64,000 bases of DNA from Lama guanicoe (GCA_013239625.1 MU054187.1:1119587-1183586); one strand, 5' to 3'; shown: positions 25,040 to 38,370, counted from the stretch's first letter. Notes: generated from the sequence alone by a model not told the origin. Numbers and translations are program-made.

Positions 25040-28000
25040 CTTCCAGTCCATAAACGTGGTGTGTCACTTTTTAGTCAAGTCCTCTTTGAGATGTTTCATC
25101 AGCATTTTGAAGCTCTCATCATGCAGGTGCTGGCAATGTTTGTCATACTCATGTTCAAATAACTATTTTCCTTCGGGGTGATAGTAAATAGTAATATTAG
25201 AACAACCTCTAAGGAGTATGTGTCTGTTTTGGGCACCAAGTTAATACTGACTTTATAGCATGAGTTGGAAAATGCTACCTCATCCTGTAGTTTTGTGAAG
25301 AGGTTATATAAAATGGTCCAAGTTCTTTAAATATTTGGCAAAACGCTTTAGTGAAATCATTTTGGCACAGAGAATACTTTTCAGAAGATTTTACTCACAA
25401 GTTTAAATTACTGAATGTTATCATGCTATTTATCTGTTTTTTTCTTGGCTGAGCTTGGGCGTTTGTGGTTTTTAACAAATTGTTCCATTACTTAAAGTTT
25501 GCTGAATTCAAAATGGAAAGTTTTTCATAGTTGTTCCTTATGATCCTTTTAATGGTGGAAGGACCTTTTAAAAATATTCTGTTTCATTCCATGCATTTGA
25601 GATATGTGTTTCCAGTGTTTTTTTTTAATCTTTGTCAGTCTTGCTTAATGTTTATCTCTATTACTGATTATTTTCTAAGAATCAGCTTTTTGCCTTACTG
25701 ATTTTCTCCTCAGCTATACTGTTTTCAGTTTCATTGACTTTCATTCTTTTATTTACTTTAGATTTATTTTTCTCCTTTTCTAGTTTCTCGAGGTGGGAAG
25801 TTAGATTATTGACTTGAGATGCTTCATCTTTCTTAATGTAAGTATTTAGTGCTAAAAATTTCACCTTCAGAACCACTTCGGGTGCAACCAATACATTTTG
25901 ACCTTGTATTTTCATTTTCATTCAGTTAAGTGCATTATTTTATTTTTTGGGGATTTTTTTCTTAGAGCCATGTAGTATTTCAAATTTTGTTGTTTTATTT
26001 TTACATCTTTAAAGGTTTTATTCTTGTTATTAAATGTATTAATATTTATTTTATAATCCAGAATATGGTCTGTCTTTATGACTGTTCCGTGGACGCACAA
26101 AGAGAGTGTGGTGGAATGTCCTCTAAAATCCATCAGATCCTTTTGGCTGATGGTGTTGCTCTGTTCTATACTTTTGGTGATTTTTTTTTGTCAGATATAA
26201 ATTGTTGAGAGTGAGATGCTTGAGTCCCCGACCAGGTTGTAGGTTTGTCAATTTCTTTTTTCAACTCTGTTGGCTTTTGTTTCCTGTATTTTGAAGCTTT
26301 GTTTGGAGAATAAAAATTTAGGATTGCTGTATATTCTTGATTAGCTAATACTTTTCTCATTACATTATATTGCCCTTTGACCTAGGTATTTCTTCTTTGA
26401 AGTCTACTTACCTGATTTTATTAATAACTGCTCTAGTTATTTTGATTAATATTTGACTTTATATTTTTTCCATCCTTTGAATCTATACTATTATTTTTAA
26501 AGCTAGTTTCTTATACACAACTTACAGTTAGTTTGGGATTATTAGTCTAATCTGTCAATTTTTGTCTTTTAATCAGTGTATTTTAATTATTTCCATTTAA
26601 AGAAATTCTGGGCATGTTAGAACTGAAGTCCATCATTTTATTATTGGTTTTGTGGTATTCTTCCTGTTTCTAATTTCTATGTTTCTTTTCTTCTGTTCAG
26701 TTACTTGAACAGTTTTCATAATTCCATTTTGATTCCACTCTGATTTATTTATGTCTTTGAATATATTGCTATTTAAAGTTTCCTCAGTGGTTGTTCTGGT
26801 ATTACAATATCTGTGTGTGACTTACCACAGCCTATTGATTTTAACATTTATCACTTTAATTAAAGCACCAAAGCTTTGTGGTCATACGGATGACATATGT
26901 ATCATTTATTTTTCTGCATACATTGACTACCACATCACATGGTGCTCTAATATTTGTTTCGACCATAAAATGTGAGTTAAGAAACTCACGAGGTAAAGGT
27001 CTATCAATTATTTGTGACTGTCTTTGTATGCATGCCATTGATCACTCTCCTTTATCAAGTCCCAGCCTTCCTCTGTTACTGTTTTCTCTCTGTTTGTAGA
27101 CTTTTCCTTAGCCATTCTTCAAGAGTGGTTCTCTTAGCAACACATTAACTTCATTCTCCTTAGTTTTTCTTTCTTTTCTCCCTTGACTTTTCTTATTCTG
27201 AGAACATTTTTATTCCCCATTCATTTCTGAGGTGTAGTTTCTCCAGATACAGAATTTTTCATGTGATTACGTTTCTCTAATTGAACATGTGCCACTTTCT
27301 TTAAATAGGGTTTTTGGTTTCCAAGTTTCAAAATGAAAAATCTGCAGTCATTTGATTTGGTGTTCCTCTAGGGTCAATGCTTTGCTTCTCTCCTGATTTT
27401 TAAAAGAAATTTTCCTGTCTTTTAAAAAATTTAATTATAGTGTGTTCCATGTATATTTCTTTTGGTTTATTCTCTTTGGGTTTGGTCAGCTTCTTGAGTC
27501 TGTAGGTTTATGCCTTTTGCCAAATTGGGAAGTTTTCAACCATTATTTCTTAAAATTTTTGTTGTTGTTGTTCTCACACTCTGCTCTCTCTCCATATGGG
27601 TTTTCAATGATAAAAAGTTAGACTTTTGTTATTGTCCCATAAGTTCTTGAGTGTGTGTCAATTTTTGTTAACCTATTTTCTTTATTTCAGATGAGGTAAA
27701 TTCTGTTCATCTGTTCACTTTTATATCTTCTTTTATTTCATCTCTAAAGTCCATCCAGTAACTTAAAAAATTTAGTTATTGTATTTTTAATTCTATAATT
27801 TCCACTTGGCTCTGTTTTGTAACTTCTATTTCTTTGTTAGCATTTTCAGGTTTTTTATTGATTACAACAGAATTCATAATTGTTGAAGCATTTTATGATT
27901 CCTGCTTTAAAACCCTTTTTAAGGCATTCCACCATCTGACTCTTTGTGTTGGTATTAGTGGCTTGCATTTTCCAATTCAAATTGCATTTATAATGGCTCC

Positions 28001-28400
28001 TGGTGTTGATGAGTTATTTTTGATTGTGTAACAGACATTTTCTTCATCATATTAGAAGAGTCTTGATCCTATTTAAATCTTCGGTTTCAGCAGGCAGTCA
28101 TCCTATTGCTTTACCAGGAAGGTCCTGCCTACTTTTGTGAGCTGCAGAACCAGTGAAGATTTGTTTTTAACGCCCTAGCAGCGCTGTTCCGCTTGGCTTC
28201 ACGCTCGCTGCTCCAACAGGCTCCCACTAGGACCATGCAAACTCTGACTGGGCTGCTGTTGGGAGGGAGGTTAAGCAGCGGTTGGACCGTGGTCACTAGA
28301 ACTGACGGACTGGATCTGCCACCGCCCCGGGGGTCCTGCAGGGCCAGCTGACCCTGAACTGCAGGAGGTCCCTTCTTATACTACCCTGCTTACGCAGCGG
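25040..28400 (-). mobile_element. Old L1M: 5' region, ORF1 and ORF2 endonuclease/linker, decayed
   Basis: ORFs 25682..25921(-) (KVKFLALNTYIKK...VNNLTSHLEKLEKE) and 26166..26360(-) (ILNFYSPNKASKYRKQKPTELKKEIDKPT) are L1 ORF2 remnants; T-rich ORF1-like antisense sequence at 27200-27900. Confidence 0.85.
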
Positions 28401-28429
28401 GGTCTCACCCTGTCACTGCAGCAGATCTG

Positions 28430-29400
28430 ACTGTGGATCCGATCCCTTTGAGTAACTACCCAGAAGTGGAATTGCTGGGTCATATGGTAATTCTATTTTT
28501 AATTTGAAGGACTACCGTACGGTTTTCCACAACAGCTAAACCATTTTATGTTCCCACCAAAAGCGTACAAGTGTTCCAAATCCCCACACCACCCAGCTCT
28601 CGTTATTTTGGTCTTTGATGGTGATCACCCTGACGGGCGTGAGGGGGGCTCTCACTGGGGTTTCGTTTGCATGTCTGTGATTGTTAGCAACGCTGCATGT
28701 CTTTCCATAGGCTTGCTGGTCATTTGCACGTCTTCTCTGAAGAAGCGTCTTTGACCCTCTTGCCCGTGTGAAATCAGGTTGTCGTCATTTTGTTGTTGTT
28801 GCTGTTGTTCCCCGCTTTTGTGAATGTTCCGTTTTCCCTCCTTGATTTCTCACTTTCTCCCACTGTGGTCAGAGAAGATGATTTACGTGTTATCTGTCTT
28901 TTTTAATCTGCTGAGACTTAATCTGTGGCCTAACATAGGGTCTCACCTGGAAAATGTCTCATGCACACGTGAGAAGAACTGGCCAAGTGTTCTGTGAACC
29001 TGTTAGATCTGCTCAGTTTATTGCGCTGCCTGCTGAAGTCTTTCTTTGAGTCCATCTGGGAAATTTGTATTTGTCATACTTTTTATCTCCAGATCTTTTT
29101 TGGCTTTCTGTCTCTTTATCGATATTTTTATTTTGTTCATCCACAATTTTCCTGACTTTCTCCATGGCTTCCTTTTAGTCTTTGAACACCTTTAAATCAG
29201 TTGTTTTAAAATCTCTGTCTAGTATATCTGCCATCAGGTCTTTTCTCATGGACAGTTTTAGTTTATTTAATACCCCCCCCTTTTTTTTTTGAATGAACCA
29301 GACTTTCCTGTTTCTTTGTATGCCTTCTGCTGTTTCTGTTAAAAGCTGGGCATTTGAATCTAATAATGAGGTAGCCCTGGAAATCGTATTCTTCCCCTTG
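28430..29400 (-). mobile_element. L1 fragments (ORF2 3' piece followed by more 5' pieces)
   Basis: 'cccagaagtggaattgctgggtcatatggtaattctatttttaatt', 'ccactgtggtcagagaagat...tgtggcctaacata'. Confidence 0.8.
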
Positions 29401-30559
29401 CCTGCAGAGTGTCTGGACATAGGGACGGGCAGAGAAGGATGACTCTGACCACGATCTCTGCGGTGGTTTTGAAAGATGTGATTTCTCCCTGTCTGCATCA
29501 TCCCAAGCAGACTCACAGATTATTGCCTTGGCACAGTAATCTTACAGAACACTTTCTGAATGTAAGAAAGCCAATAAAACATCACTGAGCAGCATTATTT
29601 TCCCACAAATATCATGAGACTAATTAGTTCACAGTTCTCTCTGGCATTCTTGCAGAAAAACTCTCAAGTTAACAGTAGTAGCATTCCAACCTCCCCCTAC
29701 CTATAGTGTGGAGTGCTTTCTATATAGCCCACCCCTTGAATACAAATCCTGACCCCCACGTGTATAGCACCCTAAAGTATACATGTTTTTAGCTGCTGCA
29801 AGTTTCATTTGAAGTTGTTGCTCTGTTACAACACATTTTATTTTGTAACAAAGAATTCTGATGTCTGAAAGACACAAAATATCTTTTGTTAACTATTACA
29901 CAGTGCTGGAGTGAGTTTGGGCAAGAAGAAGGCTTACTGTCGTCCTCCTGACATCAGCTCTATAAAAGCTTTCTTTCTTTCTTTCTTTTTTAACATCAAA
30001 ATTGATAGCATTTTTCAAATAGTGACAAATATTCCATAAAAAAACTCTGGCTTGTAAAATTTTTATTGTTCATAGAATGGAAAAAGTTGCTTTGAAAACA
30101 CATCAACATTTACTCTCCAGTCAAACAATGATGATTATGTCTTACAAAGTCTATTGTAAAACCATATGTTGAAATCCAAGCAGTGTTGCAATGTTTTGCT
30201 TCATTAAATGCTACACCGGTCAGAACGACTGTTTTAGGCTTCTCCATAGATAGTGTTCCAAAATATTTGAATTTTCATTTACTCAATTTTGTGTCTTTGA
30301 GTTTTCCATATTTATACTTGAATTTATTTTTCCTTAATGATATTTGTGTTTCAGTGTTTTTAGTGAATAATAACTTATTTTATGAAAGGCCAGTGTAGAG
30401 CCTGCAGACAGTATCAGTGTATCTGTAGTAAATGACATGCCCTGAATAACTGAACTCAGGAATGTATGTGTGTGTGTATATTTTTTTAAAAGATATAAAA
30501 AGATGTATCTTTTTAAGAATACAAATCTCACATTTAAAACCTCCCAGTTAGTTCCCAAA

Positions 30560-30770
30560 TCAAAAAATGGAGATGATTTCTGGTTCTGAACAAACTGGGC
30601 TAGAATCGGTTCTGCCTATTTTTCCCACTAAAGCTCAGCTTAGAACCCAGACATCGTACATCTAGCAAACACACGAAGACCTGCCTAGGCAGAAGCCAGA
30701 GACGGAACAGCCAGGGGACTGGGAGACTGAGGAGGGACAGGGCAGTGGGGCCAGGTCCCTTTCTGCCTGC
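30560..30770 (+). mobile_element. Possible L1M 5'-end fragment
   Basis: Resembles old L1M 5' UTR starts ('atttctggttctg...cccactaaag...aacccagacat...caaacacacgaagac'). Confidence 0.35.
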
Positions 30771-31839
30771 TGCGTCCTGGGGGGCAGAAGCTTTGACCTC
30801 CTCCTTTCTTCTGTTGCCTTACGCAGTAAACTAGTCGGTCTATCTTCTTAAGCTGCTTATTCAGTTCCCAAGCTGTAGTGGATATTTCTGTTGTGGTGGT
30901 TTTCAGCTTTTGTTTTCCTTCTTTCACTCTCGGTGCTACAGTGGAGTCTTCGCAGAGGCGCCGACAATTGTTTGAAAGTAAACCCGGTGGGTGGCTGTGG
31001 AGGTGAAGCTGTTAAGTGTGTGAACAAAAGACCTACGCTGGGCTTTCCCGCCATCCAGTTTCCTTTCCCTTCTATTTTCATGCTTGGTGCCCTTACACCT
31101 GGGGATGCGGGAAAGGTCATGTTGGGCATTGAAGTCAAGCGTTAGTGTCGGCCCCCCTGGGAGCCCGCAGGAGCTGGTGGGAGCCATTGTGAGCGCAGAG
31201 CAGAGCTCTCTAAGAGGGTTCCTCCCCTTGCACCTCAGCTGGACAGGTTTGATGTATATTTACTGTTTCAGAATAAAGCCCACACACCATCTACAGAAGG
31301 AAAAATCAATGGAGAAAATGGGACTCAGGTGAATAATCCACTCATGGGAAAGAAGTCAAGGGACAACAAAACTTAAATTTTATGTATTTTGAGATGTGCT
31401 TTTGATAAATGTAGTGCAACTGATATTATTCTTAATATGTAACTGAATTAAATTAAAAATTAAGGAACAACCACAGTCATACAGGGGCTCCCAAAGAGGC
31501 AGTCATGGTGTCAACCAGCCTGGGTCCTCCCCGAGTCTGGGGTCCTTCTCCAGGTGCATTTGAGTCACTGCAGAATCCGATTCCTCGTGTGCAGGACTGA
31601 TTTCCCCTCTTTACGTGCGTGTCCGCCGCGGTAGCTCTGAGCCCCTGGAGGCTGCCTTCTGGGGGACCTAGGGGTGCGGCCCTCTCCCGGCCAGCCGGCT
31701 CCTTCTTCAGAGCCAGACGGAGAGTCTGTCCAGTGTGAACCTCTGGCCCTTGGCATGAGCTCCCACCTGACCGTGACTGGCCACCCAAGGTAACCCTTCT
31801 CAAATCGGTTAACTCCAAGTTGAGGGACCTGGGCGATCC

Positions 31840-32195
31840 CAGCTGCAAACGCTTCACGCTGGCTCCTAACGGAACCTCAGCGCAGGAGTGAAGCGCGTCA
31901 CCGCCTCGAGCCCCGCCCCGTCGCGGAGGGCGTCGTGCGGCGCGCACGCCGGGCGGCGCTGGGAGCCGCTCCGGAGTCGTCCCCGCAGCCCCTGAGCCAG
32001 TGCGGGGCCCCCGACCTGGCCGGGCTCCGCTCTCCCTGGGAGGCTACCTGAAGTAGCCGTACGCGCAGGTCTCCGGCTCAGCCGCAGTCAGACTCGGAGT
32101 CCGAGCGTGTCCGGCGGCTCGGGCTGCGGCTGACTCTCCGTGCAGCCGGCCGTGCGCCTCGCTGGAACCCGCTTGAGAACCACGGCTCTGTCAAG
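31840..32195. promoter_or_regulatory. CpG island; distal half resembles a GC-shifted MER5-like DNA transposon
   Basis: Very CpG-dense ('gccccgccccgtcgcggagggcgtcgtgcggcgcgcacgccgggcggcg', includes a GC box); ends 'tgactctccgtgcagcc...ttgagaaccacgg' like a MER5 terminus. Confidence 0.65.
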
Positions 32196-32699
32196 TGCGG
32201 CATCTCATCTGGCCATCACTTCACTGAAGTCTCAGAGTATTTTCAAAACTACGGGTGAATTCTCGAGAGGAGAGAGAACACAAATGGGCCATTAGACAGT
32301 AAGAGGCAGAGGCAGACCATCCCTCGAGCCGTCAGAATGAGCAGCCTGTTGCTCAGGCCTCGGTTCACGGAGAACGACCCTCTCCCGCAGTACGAAACTG
32401 AGTTAAGCTGTGTCTCATTAAAGCAGTAACCGCCTCTTGGCATCAGATCGATGCTTTGCCTCACAAGGAATGCTTTAAAATGTCACCAGTCATTTAAACT
32501 TGGAGTCTCATTCTAAAGTCTGCAGGATGGGCAGTTTAGACCTAACGGCCACCTCCTGGCAGACACAATTTTGGGCAGGTTACCACATGTACTTTTGTGC
32601 TTCTTTTAAAGCCAGTTTCCCTAAAACGTGGTCAGCAGAACTTAACTTTGTGCTATTAGCCATTTGGGAGATACTTAATACCTTATTTCTCCTTTTTTC

Positions 32700-34095
32700 G
32701 TGGTGTTTTTTGGTTTTTTTCATTGGTGTAACATTGACTTACGCTGTTACATTAGTTTCTGGTGTGTGTCATAGTGCTTCGATATTTTTACACATGACAA
32801 GCTGGTCCCCCCCCAAGTCCAGACACCGTCACCATTCAAAGCTGCTACAATATTATCAACTGTAGTCCTCACACTGTACATGTCACCCCATGACTCGTTC
32901 ACTCTACAGATGAATTTTGTGCCTCAGTCTCTATTTCACTCACCCCCCAGCCCATTCTCCTCTGGCAACTGCCTGTCTGTTCTCTGTATCCATAACTCCA
33001 TTTTTGTTATTGTGTTTTTTCATTTGCTTTTTTTTTTTTAGATCCCAGATGTAAATGATACCATACAGTATCTGTCTTTCTCTGGCCTGTTTCAATAAGC
33101 GTAACACTCTCTGGGTCCATCCATGCTGTTACTGAGCATGGCAAGATGCAATTCTGTTTTCAATGGCTGAGAAATATTCTTCTGTGTATCTACACCACAG
33201 CTCCTGCATCCATGCGTCTCCTGATATGCACTTATGTTGCTTCCATGTCTTGGCTCCTATAAATAATGCTGCAAGGAACCTAGGGGTGAATATATCTTTT
33301 CTAATTAGCGTTTTGTTTTCTTTGGAAAAATACCCAGACGTTGAATTGCTGGGTCTTACGGTAGTTCTACTTGTAGGTTTTTGAAGAAACTTCATAGTAT
33401 TTTCTACAGAAACTGCACCGATTTACACTCCTACCAACAGTGTACTAGGGTCCTTTCCCCACATCTTCACCAGCACTTGTTATTTGTTGTCTTTTTGATG
33501 TTAGTCATTCAGACAGGGCTGAGGTGATATCTCGTGGTTCCATTTGCATTTCCCTGTTGATTAAGTGATGCTGAGCATCTTTTCATGTGCCTGGTGGCCG
33601 TCTGTGTGTCTTCCCTGGAGAAAAGTCTGTTAAAATCCTCTGCCTGTTTTTTTAAACCAGTTGCTTTTTTCAGATTAATTGTATGACTTATTTGTATATT
33701 TTGGATATTAACCTATTATCGAATGTATCGTTTGCAAATATCTTCTCCCATACAGTAGGCAGCCTTTCTGTTTTGTTTATGGTTTCTTTCATTGTGCAAA
33801 AGCTTTTCGGTGTGAGGCAGACGTATTTATTTTTACTTTTGTTTCCCTTGCCTGAGAAGACAGATCCAAAAAATATTACTAAGACTGATATCAAAGAGCA
33901 TACCACTTCTGTTTTCCTCTAGAAGTCTTGTGGTTTCAGGTCTTACATTTAAGCCTTTAATCCATTTTGAGTTTGTTTGTCTCTGGTGTGAGGAGTAGTG
34001 CAGGTTGACTCTTACAGGCAGCTGTCCAGTTCTCCCTGTTACTGCTTATTGAAGAGGCTGTCTTTCCCCATTGAATAATTTTGCCCCTTTTATTG
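32700..34095 (-). mobile_element. 5'-truncated L1 (ORF2 3' part + 3' UTR)
   Basis: ORFs 33129..33395(-) (KTLIRKDIFTPRFLAALFIGAKTWKQHKC) and 33688..33906(-) (KSFCTMKETINKTERLPTVWEKIFANDTFDNRLISKIYK) are L1 ORF2. Confidence 0.95.
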
Positions 34096-34930
34096 TAATC
34101 TCATTTTTCCTCTTGATGATTCACAAGGCCTGAGTTACCCCTAGAAACTGACAAGTAATTGTGGTAAAACTGTGTGCAGTAGGAGGTGAATGGGATGCAC
34201 GTGTTCCTCACGGATAAAGTGAGTGAATTTCAGTGTCTAGATTTCATTCCTTCTACTCTGAATGCTCACAGAACTTTATTTTTACTTTCTGCATCTAGAC
34301 TACTCTCCAGAATGTTGAGATTGCCGGAGAAGTGACCTCTGAGAAAGGAGAACACTGCTCTGCCTAAATTCAAGTAAGTCCGTTACTTTTCAGAAAGTTG
34401 TTGTGAGTAAAGTCATCCCTCTGCAAGAGAGCATCACTTACTGCCTGCTTGGAATTTCCCAGTGTCGAGTGCTGTATGCTTTCACACTGTGCAAAGCCCA
34501 CGCTACAGGCTTTCATAGCATCATACCTTGCAAACCCCAGCCACAGCCCAAGAAAGGTCACATGTCATGAGGGAAGAGAGGGACAAAGGCAGTTGGAAGC
34601 AGAGTGATGGAAACTCATCTGGGATGGCAGTTCCTACCCCCAAAGCAATTTCTTCTGGAATCCCAGTTTCCTTGTTTAAAAAATATCTCAGGTTGCATTT
34701 CAGATATTACTCTGTCTTCTTAGGTATATATCTTTGCCTCCCATGTTTGTCTGTGTTTGTTTGGAGCCCAACACACTTTGCTAATAAGCATCATGTCTGA
34801 ACTGGTGTTGTTCTGAGGGAGGAGTGAAGAGGAGAAATGCGGCGCTTGGTCTTGTAACATGTGGCACACCCTCCTGGCCTGCTCTCTGGGACTTTGCACA
34901 CTCGCCGGGTCCAGAACTGCATGTCAGCGT

Positions 34931-34999
34931 GCACGGTTAGCGCGTTTCTTGTGGCCCCGACCTCGCACTGTTAGCGCGTTTCTCGTGGCCCCTGACCTG
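34931..34999. repeat. Tandem duplication of about 34 bp
   Basis: GCACGGTTAGCGCGTTTCTTGTGGCCCCGACCTC followed by GCACTGTTAGCGCGTTTCTCGTGGCCCCTGACCT. Confidence 0.9.
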
Positions 35000-36559
35000 A
35001 CCTGTAGCATTTTGCTTGCTCCTCTGCTTCTGTCCGTGCTCACGCTCGTCCACATTTAAGCGAGACTGGCTCCCCGTTCAGCTGGAAACAGCCCGTGAGC
35101 AAGAGCACACGGGACGTCCCTGCCTGGTGCCCCCGCCCTGCCTGCTGGGCTGGGGGAGCTTTCAGCCCTCCTTGGCCTTTCCTAACTGCCAGACAAGGTC
35201 ACTTTGACATAAATACTTGCTACCTGAACTGGTAAGTCGTAAGCTATTGCTGCTTTTCTGTGCTTTGCAGATGTTTGAGACACTTGACCTTGTACTTCGG
35301 CTCATCTCCCCCCGGCCTCTCCCTCTTTGTGTTGAGTGTCGCATCTGCTCGCAGGAAGCAGCTTCTGTTGGCCCATTTACCTCCAGAATTATCACTGAAA
35401 TTCGCGGTCCTCCCAGGCCTGTTTGTGATGTCAAAGTCACTGGCTTCACTAGAAGAGCGTCCTCTGCTTCTAGTTTTGCTGACCGTGCTGGCTGCTGTGG
35501 ATAAAGTGGCAAAGTTACCAGATGCAAAGACGCTTAGTTTTGAGCCCAAGACCAACTCTGTGTTTGAGCAACTTGCTTAGTATTTTCTGACTGGTCCGCT
35601 CCCCTCCTGCCTCGGTACACGGCGGGCTGGCTGAGCGCGCTGCCAGTGCAGGTGTGGCTCCGGGCCGTGGTGTCCTGGAGACGCCGACCTCTCGTATAGA
35701 AACAAGGGTGCTGACCTCCCCTGTGGTTTTTGCTTATTTTTGTTTCCATGAGAGTTTGAAGGAAGAAAATATAATTTCTCTTTGTGACCCCAGGATTTAC
35801 CACCATGCCAGATGTATAGGCTCCCAAAATATTTCAGAAAAATTCATAAATTAATGAGACTGTTTCTGGAATTGCATTCTGTGTATTTCAGACATTCTCC
35901 CACAGATGGGAGTCTTGATACATTAAAAACATCCCTCTAGCTGCTCTCCTCTCCACCTCCCGGGCAGGTTTCTGCAAGCTCCTGGCGCTGCTTTCCTGCA
36001 TGGACAGGTTAGTCTAGGCTGCTTTAGTCCTGGTAATCCCATCTTCCACTGTTCTGGAAAATTCCATCCAAAGAGCATTGGTTAACTCAGGTGCAGACTA
36101 TTGGCAGCCTCTCAGGGCTTAGAATACAGCACATCCAGGCGTCTGTGCACAGCTGTGAAGAGGAGTCGCAGGGAGTCTGGAGGTCACTGAGACACCTTTG
36201 GTGATAAAGGAAACAATGAAAATTCTAAAATAAAATCTCATGAAAGTTACCGCTTTAAATGCTGAGCACGGTGTCATAGCTGCAGAACAGAATTAGAGAA
36301 ACCACGGGGAGCAGCAGCTAAACTGATGGAGGGACGCCACAGTGACCGCGGGGCGGGGCGGGGCTGACTTCATGGGAGGGAAACCGTGCACCCCCAGTGC
36401 CTTGCACAGACAGGGAGACCTCCCCAGGGCCCGGCACAGAGACTGACGGAGGCGCAGAGTCAGGCGGGCAGCACTGCGGAGGCGCAGAGAAGAGCTCGGC
36501 CACCCAGAATGCTCTCTGTGCTCCATGCGTTCCCTCTCCTCCTTTTAAATTTCCGGAAA

Positions 36560-37020
36560 CCACTGGTTTTTAATCATTCGTACAGTTCTGCCTTTTCCCA
36601 GATGTCATGTAATAGGAATTGTCCAGGGTGTCAGCCTCCTCAGCTGGCTTCTTCCCCTGAACAACATGCATTTAAGGTTCATCACGGCTTTTTGGAGCCT
36701 GATAGGTGATTTCTTTTAGTCTGAATCACATGCCACTCACTCCGTAGCTGACCACTGTTTGTTCATTCATCCGTCTACGGAGGAAATTACACAGGAAGCT
36801 GCTGTAAACATCCAGGTGCAGGTTTAACACGTTTTGAGCCACTTGGTTGGATGCCTGGCAGTGGAGCAGCTGCATCACGTGGTGAGACTGTGTTCAGTTT
36901 TGTAAGAAGCTGCAAAACCGCCGTCCATGGTGCCTGCCCCCTGGCTCCCCTCCAGGGGCCGGGCGGGGGGTGCCTGCTGCTCCCCACTGGCTGGCACCTG
37001 CTGGAGTCAGCCTTACAGTT
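36560..37020 (-). mobile_element. L1MC/L1MD-type 3' fragment
   Basis: 'gttctgccttttcccagatgtcatgtaataggaat...atgcatttaaggttcatc...gctgctgtaaacatcc...tgttcagttttgtaagaagctgc'. Confidence 0.75.
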
Positions 37021-37529
37021 TCATTTATTTTCTTAGTACTTAACTTTTATAGGATCTTTGTTGAATTGGGAACCAAAACATTTTACAGACACTTTAAAAT
37101 GTAGTCTCATAACAAGTAGAGGCATTCTCTTACAAAATAGGCGTATTTCCACTCTGCCAAGCAGATGCTGCTGTGAGCAGTGTCTGGGGGGGACCCTGCG
37201 TTTGGAGTTACACTCAGGAAATTAAAGCAGTTCTAGTTAGTTGCAAGTTCTAGGAGGGAAAGGCCGAGTAGCTACGGGAGAAGCCAACTGAGATTTCTTA
37301 TTCCTTCTCCTTTCTCTCCTGCCCCCTCCTCCTCTCAGTCTCCCTCTCTCCACACACACACTCACACACACACTGAGAACCTTAAGGAAATTTTAGGTGG
37401 TTGCCCAAAATGTAAGGCTTGGAGTTAACAAATTGGAAAATGCGACTGTAAATAACACGAATGATGCATAAACGAACAGATACAATATGAAGTCTCTTTA
37501 TCAAATCACAGCATCTACTTTGCCAGTTT

Positions 37530-38370
37530 TTATTCCACACCTTCCTCCACTTGTCTGCAAAATCCAGTCGGACATGTCTCGCTCCTGAAATCCAGGTGTT
37601 CGTGAAGCCTGCAGCTGTCTGCTCTGCCTGCCTCTTCACCCGTTTTTTGATGAGGGTTTTTGTTGTTGCTCTCTGGGTCTGTTTTTGCCTCATCCTTAAA
37701 TCTCGTCTCTCCTCAGTGCTGTGAGCTCAGTGTGGTATTAGCTCCTCAAGGGACCCCTCTTTCCTCTGTTAGAAGCCTTTTTACTAGGACAGACCCCACA
37801 CAAATCCACCGTCTTCCACAGATTTTTCAGGCGCCCGGTCCTGATTACTTAGGTTTTCTCTGCACGTGTATGACACACCCTAGATTATGTCTGCCTGCTT
37901 TCCCTGCCAGAGTGTGAAGGCTTAGTGAGGAGGGCTTCCCCTGCTCTGTTCCTGGCAGCCCGTGCTCCAGCCTAGTCACTTCGCGGCTGACCCACGCGCC
38001 TCCCCTGCTGGCGGGAGCGTCCGGGACCGACTCCCAGTGAACGTAGTCTGGCTGCGATCTCGCGTCCCCGCACATCTCCAGTCCCCACGCTCATTTCTCT
38101 GCACCTCGCACCCCTCAGATTTGCATCCGGTTCTTTGTACTTCATCCTTGTGTTTGATCTTCCTAATGGACTTTCACATAAATGTGACCCTAGTTCTTAT
38201 AATTATCTTGATGTGATTCCAGCATCCCTGCCTTTGCACAGACTAAAGCTCCAGGAACCACCACGTGGTGAGCATTTCCCTTGTTCCTCCTTCAGAAGCA
38301 GGTGTCAGGCTCAGGGGTTCATAAGGTGCTGTTTACACACTGGACATTCTCATTATTTGTCTGATTGAAT
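37530..38370 (+). mobile_element. Decayed L2 3' region
   Basis: Pyrimidine-rich, ending with L2-like 'agactaaagctccaggaacc...gtgtcaggctcagggg...aaggtgct...gattgaattg'. Confidence 0.45.

Larger units (their letters stand above)
14358..35504 (+). pseudogene. Tentative decayed multi-exon gene or spliced non-coding transcript (identity unknown)
   Basis: Splice-bounded cassettes at 14358-14404, 18443-18580 (acceptor degenerate), 21204-21287, 22000-22052, 24781-24855, 30942-30977, 31272-31328, 34299-34373, and an acceptor-led open segment at 35271-35504. Several contain stops; no peptide recognised. Confidence 0.25.

Noticed and set aside
29825..29849. TGTTACAA...TTGTAACA hairpin
   Set aside because: An 8-bp AT-rich stem is plausible by chance and too short for a miRNA or MITE.
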